Both the position numbers and the translations under genes were made by a program. DNA of 64,000 bases. It comes from Podarcis vaucheri (lineage: Eukaryota). Below the pieces are notes generated by a model. It worked only from the letters and a program-made list of their open reading frames with translations, was not told where the DNA came from and searched no databases. The stretch's first letter is position 1. Each line of letters starts with the position of its first letter. The stretch lies in the NCBI GenBank assembly GCA_965113315.1, contig OZ220364.1, one strand, 5' to 3'. This document shows positions 11,501-24,972 of this stretch, piece after piece.

Positions 11501-14078
11501 TTGTGACCCCATGAGTTACACTAAAAACAAAAAGCCCAGCGCTACTTTGCTTCAACTGTATGCTGGTGGACAGAGCTGCTCTTGGGACCACTCTGCGCTC
11601 TGAGACCCAGTGAGGCTCCACCTCCATGGACTTCATATGAGTTTTCCCCACACTTAGAGGTTTCCCCTAAAAATGGCCCTGGATTGATAGCTTCACATCA
11701 TGCCCTGTATTTGGCTCCCTTTATGCAACCGTGCACAGCAATGGGCTCTGAACCAGTCCATATGTTAAAGCGAAAGAACATAATTTGCTAGTCCTGGACT
11801 TTTGTGTTGACCAGAATGCACCTATCTATCATACCGTGCACTTCACTGTATTGGGTGATACAGTTTCAGTTCAAATAATGCATACAAAATGGAAATGCAC
11901 TGACTGGATAGCATATAAAAATGTGCATTTTAGGAAAGTAATGTCTACAAAATGTTTGCAAATAAGAATACGAGGAATTTAAACACATTTCTTAATGCTT
12001 AAAAAAAATCCACCAGAAATGGACACATGCAAAACTGACATAGAACAGGGTGATCCACCCATCCTTAATTGTATGCAGCGCGATTATGAGGAAACAAGGG
12101 AAGTGCAACAAATAAGAACTTCTCAGGGGACAGGAAGCGTGCAGAGCTTCCATATTCTTTTAAGGTTGCTTTCTAAAGACTACAGAAAACAGCTGATAGT
12201 TTCTTTCCACAGAAAAATATGGTCGCTTATTGTAAAGCCTAGGGGCGGGGACCCTAAATATATATACATAAATACACAATCAGCATTGCAGACTGACAAT
12301 AATCCTGGAGAGAGTTGCGGATATTGTGGGGAGGAGATAATGTACTCCAGACAATAAAGGAAGACAGCGGAGGAAGGCTTATCTGCCCGGACCCCTATTG
12401 CCTATTTAAACAATAATCCCCTTCAAAAACGTTGCTTTCTCTGCATATGTTTAAAATGCACCATATTCAGTGTGTTCATGTGGCTTTTAATAGCCTGGAT
12501 AATTTCCATACAGCTAATTCCATAAATATATTCGATTTTTTTGCCGTTGCCATTGTAGCAGGGGCCATTCACTAAAAGGAAGCGCTGCATGGAGGGTTCA
12601 TCTCACTCAGGGACATTTTGTTCAGCAAACAAGCTGCTTTTCAGCCAACAGAGTTATGACTGAATTTAACTTTGGAGAGGTTTTGTAGTGAGTGGGCGAC
12701 TGAAGGCTTTCCCTCGGTGCAACTAGTGTTTCTCTTACAGAGGGACCAATGCTACAAGGCCATATTCTCTCGTTCCTCTGTCATGCTTTTGTTTGTTTGT
12801 TTACCTCAGGGATGTTGGAGAAAGAAAAGTTGTTGAGCTTTGTCTGGACATGCAGGAGGAGCTACTGGACCCAACAAGGACCAAGACAATCTGGGGTGGG
12901 CAAATATCCCTCTGTTCACTTCAAAGTCACTTTGTGCATGTTCTTTATGAATACCAAAGCCCACAAAGGCACAAACTGGCATAAGGACATTAGAATAGTC
13001 CAGCATCCCGTTCTCACAGTTGCCAACCTATGGCTTCCCCACAAGCAGGATGTGAATGCAATAACCTGTTGGACTTTCTTTGCCAACTGAGTTTGCGCAG
13101 CGACTGGGGCGATGGAATAAAAACTTGCCCGCAATATCTTTGCTTATCTTTATTTTTAAATAATAATAAAACACCTGCAACGCACCACTCTACACCAGCC
13201 AGTACAACACAAAGCATTTGGTCAACTTAAATACAGTTTTCAAAATAATCAATTACCCTATCACATCGCTGCATTTGGTGCAGCAGGTAAACTCCCCATG
13301 CTAATTAGTAAAATTGCTAAGATACCTCAGGTGTGCTGAATTGTAAAGAGCTCACAGATGTGCTGCCATGCAGGTTATAATTACAAACACACACCTCTGA
13401 GTAGCACCATTGACCACATCCATATTAAGAAAACCCAACATAACCCTCAACCCACTTATGATTCCCTGCATCCTGTATTGTGAGGTAAACTCTGTTGGTG
13501 CTCATCACTACCAACTGGGGGCGGGGAGGCCGAGTGGAGCAGAAGACAGCCCCCATTTTAAGACCCAGTCTAGATTCACATGGGTCTGGATCTGAGTCAA
13601 AAATGTTGGGGTGTGTATGTTTTAACTGGAAAGATCATTTCTTGAGAGTCCTGTTAACTATCTCTATCAGACACACTGAGGGAAAGTTTCCACACAGGAG
13701 AGGATGAGCACCCAGGAATGGCCAATTCAATTGCCCGGGCTTAATGGATTTGAGCAATTTAATTGGTAGATTGATTGAGAAATACTTTAGTTCATTAGTT
13801 AGCACAGGTCAACTTCAATTGGTGGGGACAACATTTAATCAGCAAGCAATGCATCAAAGGCAAACTTATTGTTTTTGTGTGTGGTTATTGTGGTTCTGGA
13901 CTAGAGATTGCGGCAAATCCTTCCTGAAAACCTTTCAGCACCCCTATACATCTCAAAAGGACATCTCAAAAGTGTCTGGGCGTTAAACTGGATTGTTGAC
14001 TTTCTTTGCTATTTTATTCTTTGTGATTAGAGAATAAAGATGAAGAGAGGCCACCGAAAGGTCAAAAACAGCAACAGG

Positions 14079-15416
14079 GTCTGACATCAATACCAGGGAA
14101 GATTCTGGAACAGATCATTAAGCAAACAGTCTGTGAGCACCTAGAAAGGAATGCTGTGATCACCAATAGTCAGCATGGATTTCTGAAAAATAAGTCATGT
14201 CAGACTAACCTGATCTCGTTTTTTGACAGAATTACAAGCCTGGTAGATGAAGGGAACGCAGTGGATGTAGCCTACCTTGATTTCAGCAAGGCATTTGACA
14301 AGGTGCCCCATGATATTCTTGTAAAGAAGCTGGTAAAATGCGGTCTTGACTATGCTACCACTCAGTGGATTTGTAACTGGCTGACTGCCCGAACCCAAAG
14401 GGTGCTCATCAATGGTTCCTCTTCATCCTGGAGAAGAGTGACTAGTGGGGTGCCACAGGGTTCTGTCTTGGGCCCGATCTTATTCAACATCTTTATCAAC
14501 GACTTGAATGATGGACTCAAGGGCATCCTGATCAAATTTGCAGATGACACCAAACTGGGAGGGGTGGCTAACACCCCAGAGGACAGGATCACACTTCAAA
14601 ACGACCTTGACAGATTAGAGAACTGGGCCAAAACAAACAAGATGAATTTTAACAGGGAGAAATGTAAAGTATTGCACTTGGGCAAAAAAAATGAGAGGCA
14701 CAAATACAAGATGGGTGACACCTGGCTTGAGAGCAGCACATGTGAAAAGGATCTAGGAGTCTTGGTTGACCACAAACTTGACATGAGCCAACAGTGTGAC
14801 GTGGCAGCTAAAAAAGCCAATGCAATTCTGGGCTGCATCAATAGGAGTATAGCATCTAGATCAAGGGAAGTAATAGTGCCACTGTATTCTGCTCTGGTCA
14901 GACCACACCTGGAGTACTGTGTCCAGTTCTGGGCACCACAATTCAAGAAGGACACTGACAAACTGGAACGTGTCCAGAGGAGGGCAACCAAAATGGTCAA
15001 AGGCCTGGAAACGATGCCTTATGAGGAACGGCTAAGGGAGCTGGGCATGTTTAGCCTGGATAAGAGGAGGTTAAGGGGTGATATGATAGCCATGTTCAAA
15101 TATATAAAAGGATGTCACATAGAGGAGGGAGAAAGGTTGTTTTCTGCTGCTCCAGAGAAGCGGACACGGAGCAATGGATCCAAACTACAAGAAAGAAGAT
15201 TCCACCTAAACATTCGGAAGAACTTCCTGACAGTAAGAGCTGTTCGACAGTGGAATTTGCTGCCAAGGAGTGTGGTGGAGTCTCCTACTTTGGAGGTCTT
15301 TAAGCAGAGGCTTGACAACCATATGTCAGGAGTGCTCTGATGGTGTTTCCTGCTTGGCAGGGGGTTGGACTCGATGGCCCTTGTGGTCTCTTCCAACTCT
15401 ATGATTCTATGATTCT
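14079..15416 (+). mobile_element. 5'-truncated CR1 LINE (ORF2 RT plus 3' UTR), young
   Basis: ORF 14156-15340 has [27 protein letters not shown] and [11 protein letters not shown]. The 3' end is CTTCCAACTCTATGATTCTATGATTCT (CR1 octamer tail). Candidate TSD AGGGTC at 14076-14081 and 15417-15422. Confidence 0.96.
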
Positions 15417-15569
15417 AGGGTCATTAATGCTTCTAAAATCAAGACTCTGTAACTATGGTTATTTTGGCTCATATTTTTTTTTTAATGAATGATCTCTTCT
15501 AGCTGGTGGAATGTTAAAAGTGAAAGTTCTGTAGCTCTTAAAAAGGCAGCAACAAAAACAGCAGCATCT

Positions 15570-15900
15570 CTCAGCAAATAAAGGCGGGCCTTTATTAATC
15601 GTTGCATGGAGACATGCTCGTTATGTACATTTCCCCATCCCTTAGTTGATTAATAAGCATAATATCATCGATGATCATTGCAGGAAGTATACCGTGAAAG
15701 ATAAGCACTGAAGACCTCTAATTGTTTTCCTCTCTCGCTCGCTCTTTTTGGTAGTGCTTTAAAATAATGGCCCTAATCATTATTAATTCCTTTGGTGTTC
15801 ACTCGAATTACATCAATCACAGCTAACTCATTTGGTATTAATGTGGATGTCAGCGACACTTCTGCGGGGATTCTTTTTACTAAAACTCTGTGTTCATTAG
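15570..15900. promoter_or_regulatory. Candidate conserved non-coding element between the two CR1 copies
   Basis: Dense TAAT/ATTA motifs, TTGATTAAT, ATCAATCA (reverse of the PBX site TGATTGAT) and GATAAG. Unique sequence. Confidence 0.45.
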
Positions 15901-16503
15901 CTGTATGGAATCTTATTTTTCCCCCATGCAACTAGAAGAATTAAAAAGGGCAAAATTTGCAAAGGCTGCTGGTGGGATTGCAGAATCACAGTGATTTTTT
16001 TAGGATGGGAAATGTCATCCATTCCTTTCAGTAGGAACCATGTTGGACAGTACCTTTTTTCAGACCAACTGAATGTCATCAAATAGTGACAAACTGATGA
16101 ATTCTCCAGAACTCAGGCAAAATGTTACATGCCAGATGGAGTAAATACTCTGTGTACCTCCACCTCTATTGTCAGTACTACTTTGTGACATTTTGGTTGC
16201 TCTGAATAGGTATTGGGGATCTTAGAGCCACCTATGCTTTTCATGAAACACTATTCCTATCCTTGTTACTGCTTCCTTCATAGACCATTTCTTCTCTGCT
16301 TCATGTGCTTATCTAAAGCCCAAATCATCCCTCCTGCAGGAAAGTCCAGTGCTGATTTGATGACCTCAACATGGCTAGAGAATCTCTATTGGAAACCACA
16401 AGACCTTTGATAGTTTCCCAGCATTCTGTGAGGTAAGGAAAAGCATGGGACGGGGCTAACAACAACAACAACAATATTCATACCCTGCCCCTTTGGCTGG
16501 GTT

Positions 16504-18522
16504 TCCAATGAGACGGAAACATGGAAGGTGCCTAAAGAAGCCAGGGTGGCTATCTAAAGAACTTTTAACTGAGTTAAGATTAAAAAAGGATGTGTACAAA
16601 AAATGGAAAAGGGGAGAAACCACCAAAGAGGAATTCAAACAAATAGCCAGCACATGTAGATACAAAGTCAGAAAAGCTAAAGCACAGAATGAACTCAGGC
16701 TTGCTAGAGAGGTTAAAAGCAACAAAAAAGGCTTTTATGGGTATGTTCGTAGCAAAAGGAAGAACAAAGAAACAGTGGGGTCACTCAGAGGAGAAGATGG
16801 AGAAATGCAAACAGGGGACACAGAAAGGACTGAACTCCTCAATGCCTTCTTTGCCTCAGTCTTCTCCGATAAAGAAAACAATGCCCAACCTGAAGAATTT
16901 GGAGCAAATGATTCAGCAGAGGAAACACAGCCCAGAATAACTAAGGAGATAGTACAAGAATACTTGGCTAGTTTAGATGTATTCAAGTCCCCAGGGCCAG
17001 ATGAACTGCATCCAAGAGTATTAAAAGAACTGGCAGATGTGATCTCAGAACCACTGGCAGTCATCTTTGAGAAATCCTGGAGAACAGGCGAAGTCCCGGC
17101 AGACTGGAGGAGGGCAAATGTTGTCCCTATTTTCAAAAAGGGGGAAAGAGAGGACCCAAATAATTACCACCCAGTCAGTCTGACATCAATACCAGGGAAG
17201 ATTCTGGAGCAGATCATTAAGCAAACAGTCTGTGAGCACCTAGAAAGGAATGCTGTGATCACCAATAGTCAGCATGGATTTCTGAAAAATAAGTCATGTC
17301 AGACTAATCTGATCTCGTTTTTTGACAGAATTACAAGCCTGGTAGATGAAGGGAACGCAGTGGATGTAGCCTACCTTGATTTCAGCAAGGCATTTGACAG
17401 GGTGCCCCATGATATTCTTGTAAAGAAGCTGGTAAAATGCGGTCTTGACTATGCTACCACTCAGTGGATCTGTAACTGGCTGACTGACCGAACGAACCCA
17501 AAGGGTGCTCATCAATGGTTCCTCTTCATCCTGGAGAAGAGTGACTAGTGGGGTGCCACAGGGTTCTGTCTTGGGCCCGGTCTTATTCAACATCTTTATC
17601 AACGACTTGGATGATGAACTCAAGGGCATCCTGATCAAATCTGCAGATGACACCAAACTGGGAGGGGTGGCTAACACTCCAGAGGACAGGATCACACTTC
17701 AAAACAACCTTGACAGATTAGAGAACTGGGCCAAAACAAACAAGATGAATTTTAACAGGGAGAAATGTAAAGTATTGCACTTGGGCAAAACAAATGAGAG
17801 GCACAAATACAAGATGGGTGACACCTGGCTTGAGAGCAGTACATGTGAAAAGGATCTAGGAGTCTTGGTTGACCACAAACTTGACATGAGCCAACAGTGT
17901 GACGCGGCAGCTAAAAAAGCCAATGCAATTCTGGGCTGCATCAATAGGAGTATAGCATCTAGATCAAGGGAAGTAATAGTGCCACTGTATTCTGCGCTGG
18001 TCAGACCTCACATGGAGTACTGTGTCCAGTTCTGGGCACCACAGTTCAAGAAGGACACTGACAAACTGGAGCGTGTCCAGAGGAGGGCAACCAAAATGGT
18101 CAAAGGCCTGGAAACGATGCCTTATGAGGAATGGCTGAGGGAGCTGGGCATGTTTAGCCTGGAGAAGAGGAGGTTAAGGGGTGATATGATAGCCATGTTC
18201 AAATATATAAAAGGATGTCATATAGAGGAGGGAGAAAGGTTGTTTTCTGCTGCTCCAGAGAAGTGGACACGGAGCAATGTATTCAAGCTACAAGAAAGAA
18301 GATTCCACCTAAACATTAGGAAGAACTTCCTGACAGTAAGAGCTGTTCGACAGTGGTATTTGCTACCAAGGAGTGTGGTGGAGTCTCCTTCTTTGGAGGA
18401 CTTTAAGCAGAGGCTTGACAACCATATGTCAGGAGTGCTCTGATGGTATTTCCTGCTTGGCAGGGGGTTGGACTCGATGGCCCTTGTGGTCTATTCCAAC
18501 TCTATGATTCTATGATTCTATG
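16504..18522 (+). mobile_element. 5'-truncated CR1 LINE with frameshift (ORF2 pseudogene)
   Basis: ORFs 16493-17548 and 17505-18443 are collinear CR1 ORF2 (KSPGPDELHPRVLKEL, DWRRANVVPIFKKG). They are split by a 4-bp duplication (GACCGAACGAACCC, ~17486-17499). FADD has become SADD. (ATTCTATG)n tail. Confidence 0.96.
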
Positions 18523-18765
18523 ACTGAAAGATGTGGGGTAGGAGGACAAGACTTTAAGTAGCCATTTTAAATTACATCAAAATTCCCAAAGTGTTCATTG
18601 CAGCTAGCAGGAACTGTAAACCTTAATTAGTCTGTCGTTGCTCATTGAAACGTCTCCTTTCAGCGACAAAGATAACTGTGATGTTGTAATAGATGCCAAG
18701 CAAGGTTTCCTGCTGAGAGAGGCTGCCATTTACTTCTTACTGCTTGGCTGCCATTTGATTCAATG

Positions 18766-19126
18766 GGTAAAGGTAAAGGGACCCCTGACTATTAGGTTCA
18801 GTCGTGACCCACTCTGGGGTTGTGGCACTCATCTCGCTTTATTGGCCAAGGGAGCCGGCATTTGTCCGCAGACAGCTTCCGGGTCATGTGGTCAGCATGA
18901 CTAAGCTGCTTCTGGCAATCCAGAGCAGTGCATGGAAACGCCGTTTACCTTCCCGCCAGAGTGGTACCTATTTAACTACTTGCACTTTGACGTGCTTTCA
19001 AACTGCTAGGTTGGCAGGAGCAGGGACCGAGCAACGGGAGCTCACCCTGTTGTGGGGATTTGAACTGCCAACCTTCTGATCGGCAAATCCTAGGCTCAGT
19101 TTAACCCACAGCACCACCCGTGTCCC
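18766..19126 (-). mobile_element. Sauria SINE, full length
   Basis: Collinear with 11137-11500. Imperfect TSD ATTTGATTCAATGG/ATATAATTCAATGG. Confidence 0.9.
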
Positions 19127-20646
19127 ATATAATTCAATGGATAGAGACTCCTTATTGAAAATCTTGACTGCTGCAAATGTGGGTTTCATATCCTCACCAT
19201 GGCAAGGCCACCCATTAAAAAGAGAACTCTGAGGGATGTATATATATACTTCTATACTTTCCCCTTCTTGTATCCCTGCCACCATACAGTCCCCTCTGCC
19301 ACACCCAAAATGAGCAGAAACAGTTAGCTGAAGAATGGTCCATCAGAGGCTCATTGTTCCATCTGTTCTGGCTGTTGCTGTAATAGATGATTTTCTCTCA
19401 TCACTTCAGGTAATTACCTAACAAAGGCAAGATGAGAGGTGATAAATCTATCTTGTATTTGCTATCACTTTAGCAGACTGCATGAACTCATCCTGAAAAG
19501 TACTTGATAATCTGATAACAAATACATTTTGAATTGCCCAGCACAATATCCGAATGAAGGTATTTTATGCCCCCAGGGATGGATTCTGGTTTTGGTCCAT
19601 GTCAGTTTTAGATATTTCATTTCTGCCAATTTCTGCATTAATCATATATATATATTTGTTCTTCCAAATATTGAAGTGCAACCCTCAGCTAAAAAAGGGG
19701 AAAGTACCAAATTGTTTATAAAATGCATTTGTAAATACAAACTTTTAAAATATAAACGGTTTTTTAGCTGAGGGTTGCACTGCAGTATTTGGAAAACAAG
19801 AACGCTGAAGGATAACTGGATTCGGATCTGCACGTTAGTCAGGGAGGTATGGATCAAGTCAGCTCATAATTGGGAGTTATAAAGAATGACTCCTTCAAGG
19901 ATCCCAATATGCCTCAGTGTATTATAAATTAGACCCGCAGCATGACTGAAGGTTCTGATTGGTTGGGTATGGACACATGACAGACTTTAGCTCTATAAAG
20001 GTCCTAGAAACAGGGAATCTGTTTTATCTGGTCAGGCTGAAATGCCTGGTCATGTTCTGTCACAGCCATGGAATCCCTGGGGAAGGAGTGTGCACATACA
20101 ATTTCCTGTCCTCAGTTTTCCATCTGAAAATTGTACTAGCAATAACTTTCCTCACAGGTGTGATAAAGAAAGGAAATTACTTTGTGGGTTGATTTGGTAA
20201 ATAGATTAGTCAACTAAAACTTTAATTGCAGAGTCAAATCCCCTGCAATTAATCCAGGGAGGGGGGAGATTGAGGGAACTTCTTTTTGCAATTCCCTCCA
20301 TGTGCCAAATCTAATGAGGGCAGAGAGACTACTAAAACATGCCTCCTTTTTTATCTAAAGTTAGGTGGTCATTTGATACTGAAACCAAAAAGAATGTGTT
20401 TTAGTCATAAGAGCAACAAGTGCTGTTCTGCAGTTGGTTCCTGAGGTTTACAAACGAGACAAGGATTTTCTTAGCTTTGGAAACCATACTGACTCTGTAA
20501 AGGGGATATTCTTTCATTCGTATTCCTAGTGTGACTAGAAAAATATTGCAGTTATTTCCTTCTTACAAAGAATATTGGCTTTCATTTTGTCATTAAGAAA
20601 AAAAAATGCACCTTTCTTTGAATGCCTCAAAAGTCATATGATTCAT

Positions 20647-20648
<2 letters not shown>

Positions 20649-20686
<38 letters not shown>
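20649..20686 (+). repeat. (GT)n microsatellite
   Basis: Direct reading. Confidence 0.95.
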
Positions 20687-20689
<3 letters not shown>

Positions 20690-21059
20690 AGGGGGGAGAG
20701 GTGAATAATCCTAATGCATTAAACTCATGCTCTTGTCCCGGAAATGTAGAATTATCCAATCGCTGCTGACTGGAAATAATGGCCATGATCCAACACAAGA
20801 GTTTGATGTGCATAAACCCATTAATCTCAATGGGTCTCAGAGCACATAACTCTGTGCTGGATTGTGGCCATAGAGCACTGTTCCACTCTAACGTTGAAAT
20901 CAGCAGTTTTCTGGGGGGGTTAATTAAAAAAACATTTTGTTCTTATTGAGGGGGTACCTTCTGCACTTGCTTAGCCATATCTGAACGTAGCTGTGATTCA
21001 AGACTCACCTAAAGCAGAAAACTACCATAATACCAGTAAAACAGGGAGGGAGGGAGGAG

Positions 21060-21960
21060 GAAAGGGGGGGTTAATAAGGATTTGCTTGAATCATCCAGAT
21101 AGAGTTACGACGTGGGCTGTCTGAGAACGGGCCTTCCCTCATAATGCTCTTACCTCCCATGGCCAGTAATTTCTTTTGCCGGTCGGCACTCAGCCGTGCG
21201 TGGTTATCCTCAGCAGGTGTGTGGAGGAATCAAGGGCAGCAAAGGATTAATATTTTCTTAAATTGCCTTTAGCTCCCTGAAGTTAAAAGAAAAGGCATGG
21301 GCCTAAGTGGCTGGAGATGCTGCTTGCTAATTCCGCCGCACTTCTTCAGCCCGGAGGAAGTGACGCATTCTTTTGGCAGGGATAACAAACTTAACATGAC
21401 TGGCAGGTGTCCCGCGAAGCATCTGTGAATGTCTTTGATGAGGCAGATCAGGGATTATGGAGATTTGTGAGACTAAGCCCTGGCACTCCCGTGGCCTTCA
21501 CTCTCCCGGGTGCATCCAAGTCAATTTGCTCCTGAATAGCTCGTTATAATGAACAGACTTTGTACGACCCACCCCCTTCTTCCCCGCATTCAATCTGTCC
21601 GGTGAGCTGGTGGCCAACTTGCTTCTTCCTTTCCCCTACCTTTGCATGCATTAAAATTAATCACTTTTTTTATTTCTCGTGGACAGTGATTAATCCACCG
21701 AGCCCTTCTGCTTTCGGTTGAAATGTATTAAACTAATGAGCGTGGAAAAAGAAGAAGAAAAGAACCCCCCTCCGTTGTTAATGGCAAACAATGGAGTTTA
21801 AATACATTCCAACTCCTTTAACATTGTTCGGTAATTAGCAACAAAGGACCTCCTGTTCGAGTACAGGCAAATATTTAATACCTACCCTACTATTGTGGAA
21901 TTCATTTACCAGCCTTGCTCCTCTGCCTGCCAGGCACATGAGTTATTATGGCAGTCAATG
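21060..21960. promoter_or_regulatory. Candidate long conserved non-coding block
   Basis: About 900 bp repeat-free with retained CpGs and many GGATTA, TAATCC, TGATTAAT, TAATTA and AACAAT/ATTGTT (SOX) motifs. Confidence 0.45.
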
Positions 21961-24769
21961 TTCCTTACACACACATGCCCTACCCTAATCCTTCAGACAC
22001 AACAGAGTTCAGCATCTGTTGGAAGGGCTTCTGTCGGTCCATTTTCCTAAAGAAATGCATCCATTCATTTACTTGGCCTAGCATAAGAATGGGGACTGCA
22101 TAGCTTCCGAATAATTGCAATCATCACCTTCCAAGGGAAACTTCTCAAAGAGACCAACAAACTGCATGCATACACATTTAACACACACACACAAACACCT
22201 CTAATCACTCAGTCACTTTGTTGAGAAATAAAAAACAGCCACCCCATCCCCCTCTTACCCATAAGTCATGCCCAGTGGCTCCCATGATGCATTGGAAGTG
22301 CTGTCTCCTTGAGTATGGCAAGCGAGGGAGCCATTATCAAAACAGATGGTGGCTGGTTGAGAAAGAATCATATTTTGACTTGCTCCTGTGGCCCTGCTCC
22401 TTTTCCAGACATTTATCTGGAACATGGCAGACACAGATTCCTGCTGATAGAGCAGTTTAATGCCCAGTGTTGCTCTTTCTTTACAAAATAAAACCAACCA
22501 ACAATCCGAAAGAAAAAAACTCAGAAGAATGAGTCTCAACCAGCCCATATGCCATAGACGTTTGTTATTGTTGATCTCCCTTTCAAGATCTCATTATTTT
22601 GTTCCCTGTGATACATAGGTTTGGTGGTTTCAGTTCCTGAATTTGGTGGTAATTTTTTGCTCCTGTGATTTAAATGGCACTGTATTTTGCTGATTTTTCT
22701 GCGTTCAGGATATATCCTGGGTTGGATGGTTTGGGTTTTTGTTTTTTAAAAAAGATCATTGTGAACCATTTGGATCCAGGATAGCTTAAGGACCTCCTAA
22801 GCTCTTATGTCCGAGTCCGATCACCGGGATCATCCAAAGGAGTACTGTTAGTTGTTCCTTGTGTTCTCAGCCAAAAGTTGGACATTTAGTGTTGCAAATG
22901 GGCCTATGCAGTTGGTTAAACTTCCGGAGTTTTTAAAGGATTGTTCTGTGTTGTTTCTGGTTAAAAAAAAGGAGTTTTAATGTTGCTGTACACCACTCTG
23001 ATGTTTTCTAAGAGGGTGGTATAAAAACACTTTTGTAAATTAATAAATATAAAATTCCGTATACGAAATCTAAGACCACGCTAAACTCATTTCCCCTCCT
23101 CCTAGACAATAACAATCCCAGTGACTCTAGGTGAAGAAGAACCTGCAAAGTGAGTAACACGCCCACGCCCAATAATAACGTTCTGTTAAAAGCAACTTGC
23201 GTTCAAGGCCTGTGTCATTTCCCCTGCACTCTCAGAGAGTGAAGAAAGATGAATACATTGAGCAGTTCTTACTGGAATGCCTCCTAGGACTTTTAATGTC
23301 CTCGCAAAGCCGAGAGGTGCTTGGGGTTTAAGACCTTATCTGAAAGACCCATACAGGGGGGACTGAATGGAACTCAATTTATCTCTTGGGCCTTGGAATA
23401 AAGAAGGATCAAGCCAATCCTGCTGGGATGTGAACCTCCCTTTGAAAGGAGCCTAAAGCATTTGAAATCGGATGCTTAAATCATTAAGCCAGCCCCATTC
23501 CTTCCCAAGGACATTTTGTTGCTATCTTCCCTTACCCAGCATTCCAAGCCCCTTCCCTCTATAAATGATTTTGAGCTTTCTGGAGAATTATTACATTATC
23601 TCATGGGGCACATGAAGTGGTGTGCCAGGCCAGCCTTCGGTGCTGGGCAACCTCCCTGGCTTTTCTTATTAACTGTGATAATGATGGAGGGAGAATTTAA
23701 AAACCCCAGGCCTGTAACTGTCACTTCATCTTGTCGGTTCTCAAGATCCAAGTCATTCGAGCGTCAAAAGATAGGGTGGGTTTTTTTGTTCATTTCCTTT
23801 TTCACGCCTACCAGGAATTAAAAATAAACTGGGAGCAAAAAAATAATAAAATCATTTGATTATCTAATCACACTTGAATTGTCTCTTATTATTATTATTT
23901 GATATTAACTGGGAGCGTTAAGCCGTTCAGCTTTTTTTTTTTAATTCACACACATTGGAGTGGATTTTTTTATTAACCGTTCTGCGGTCTACTGGCAACA
24001 TGTCCAAAACATGGTTGCCTTTTCTGCTGTGACTGAGTTAAAGATGAAAGCTAGCTTTTAAACAAATGGCTTTTGCCTTGCAACTTAGCAAAGCCTTTGA
24101 AAAGAAGACACTTGGGACTTATTTTAACGACCCTCGCAGCGCATGGAAGTCATTGTTTTCAGTCAGACCATGCTGACTTCCATCCCCCAGAGCTCCCATG
24201 CGCTGGGCTGAAGCAGTTGTGTGAATGTCGGCAAGGTGTACTCATGGATCAGCTCTGGCATGTTGTCATGGGAACGGCTTTTGCAGCACTCACGGTGAAG
24301 CTCAAAAGGCCAATCCACGACCATCTCGTTGCAGAGCAGCGCAAGTGTAGGTCAGCATGTGCTGACAGAAACCCACATCTGCCACATGCCAAGATGCCAC
24401 GGGAATAGGCCTTTCTCAGTCTCAGGGCTGCATTCCCTTTCTGAGCAACTTTTTGGAGGCCACAGGCCAGTGGTGGGAGGGGCCCGAGACAATAAAATGG
24501 ATGGAGAAAAGAGGAAGGGGGAAAGCAATCAACTTTCAAGCAAACTTCACAAGAACACGAGTCAGACTTAAAAGTGCCGTCATTAGATGATGTTCCTGAT
24601 TATTATGAAGAGCTCACATCCATCTTGATGCATATAATGCAGAAAAAATATCAATGATGTGGAGCAAGGCAACGACAAATCATGACATAATGGTGTGAAT
24701 ATAAAGAGATGGAAAGAAAGCAGTGATACTGATTTCTGAACAGGGAAAAAAAAGAATCTAGATGATTGG

Positions 24770-24972
24770 GAAAAGGGTTGTATCTTGGTGTCAGAGCACA
24801 TGCTTTGCATGCAAAAGTTCCAAGGTTTGATCTCTACCATCTCCAGGCAGGGCTGGGGGGCGGGGAGAACCCTGCCTGATGCCCTGGAAAGCTGTTGTCA
24901 GTCAGTGTCAACAATAGGGAGCTAGATGGACCAATGGTTTGACTTGGTATAAAACAGCTTCCCATGGTCCCA
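24770..24972 (+). mobile_element. Squam3-like SINE
   Basis: AGAGCACATGCTTTGCATGCAAAAG...CATCTCCAGG...GAGCTAGATGGACCAATGGTTTGACTTGGTATAA. Confidence 0.8.

Noticed and set aside
14156-18443. CR1 ORFs as domesticated or autonomous genes
   Set aside because: Both copies are 5'-truncated with no ORF1 or endonuclease. The second has a frameshift and FADD>SADD. The open frames reflect young age.
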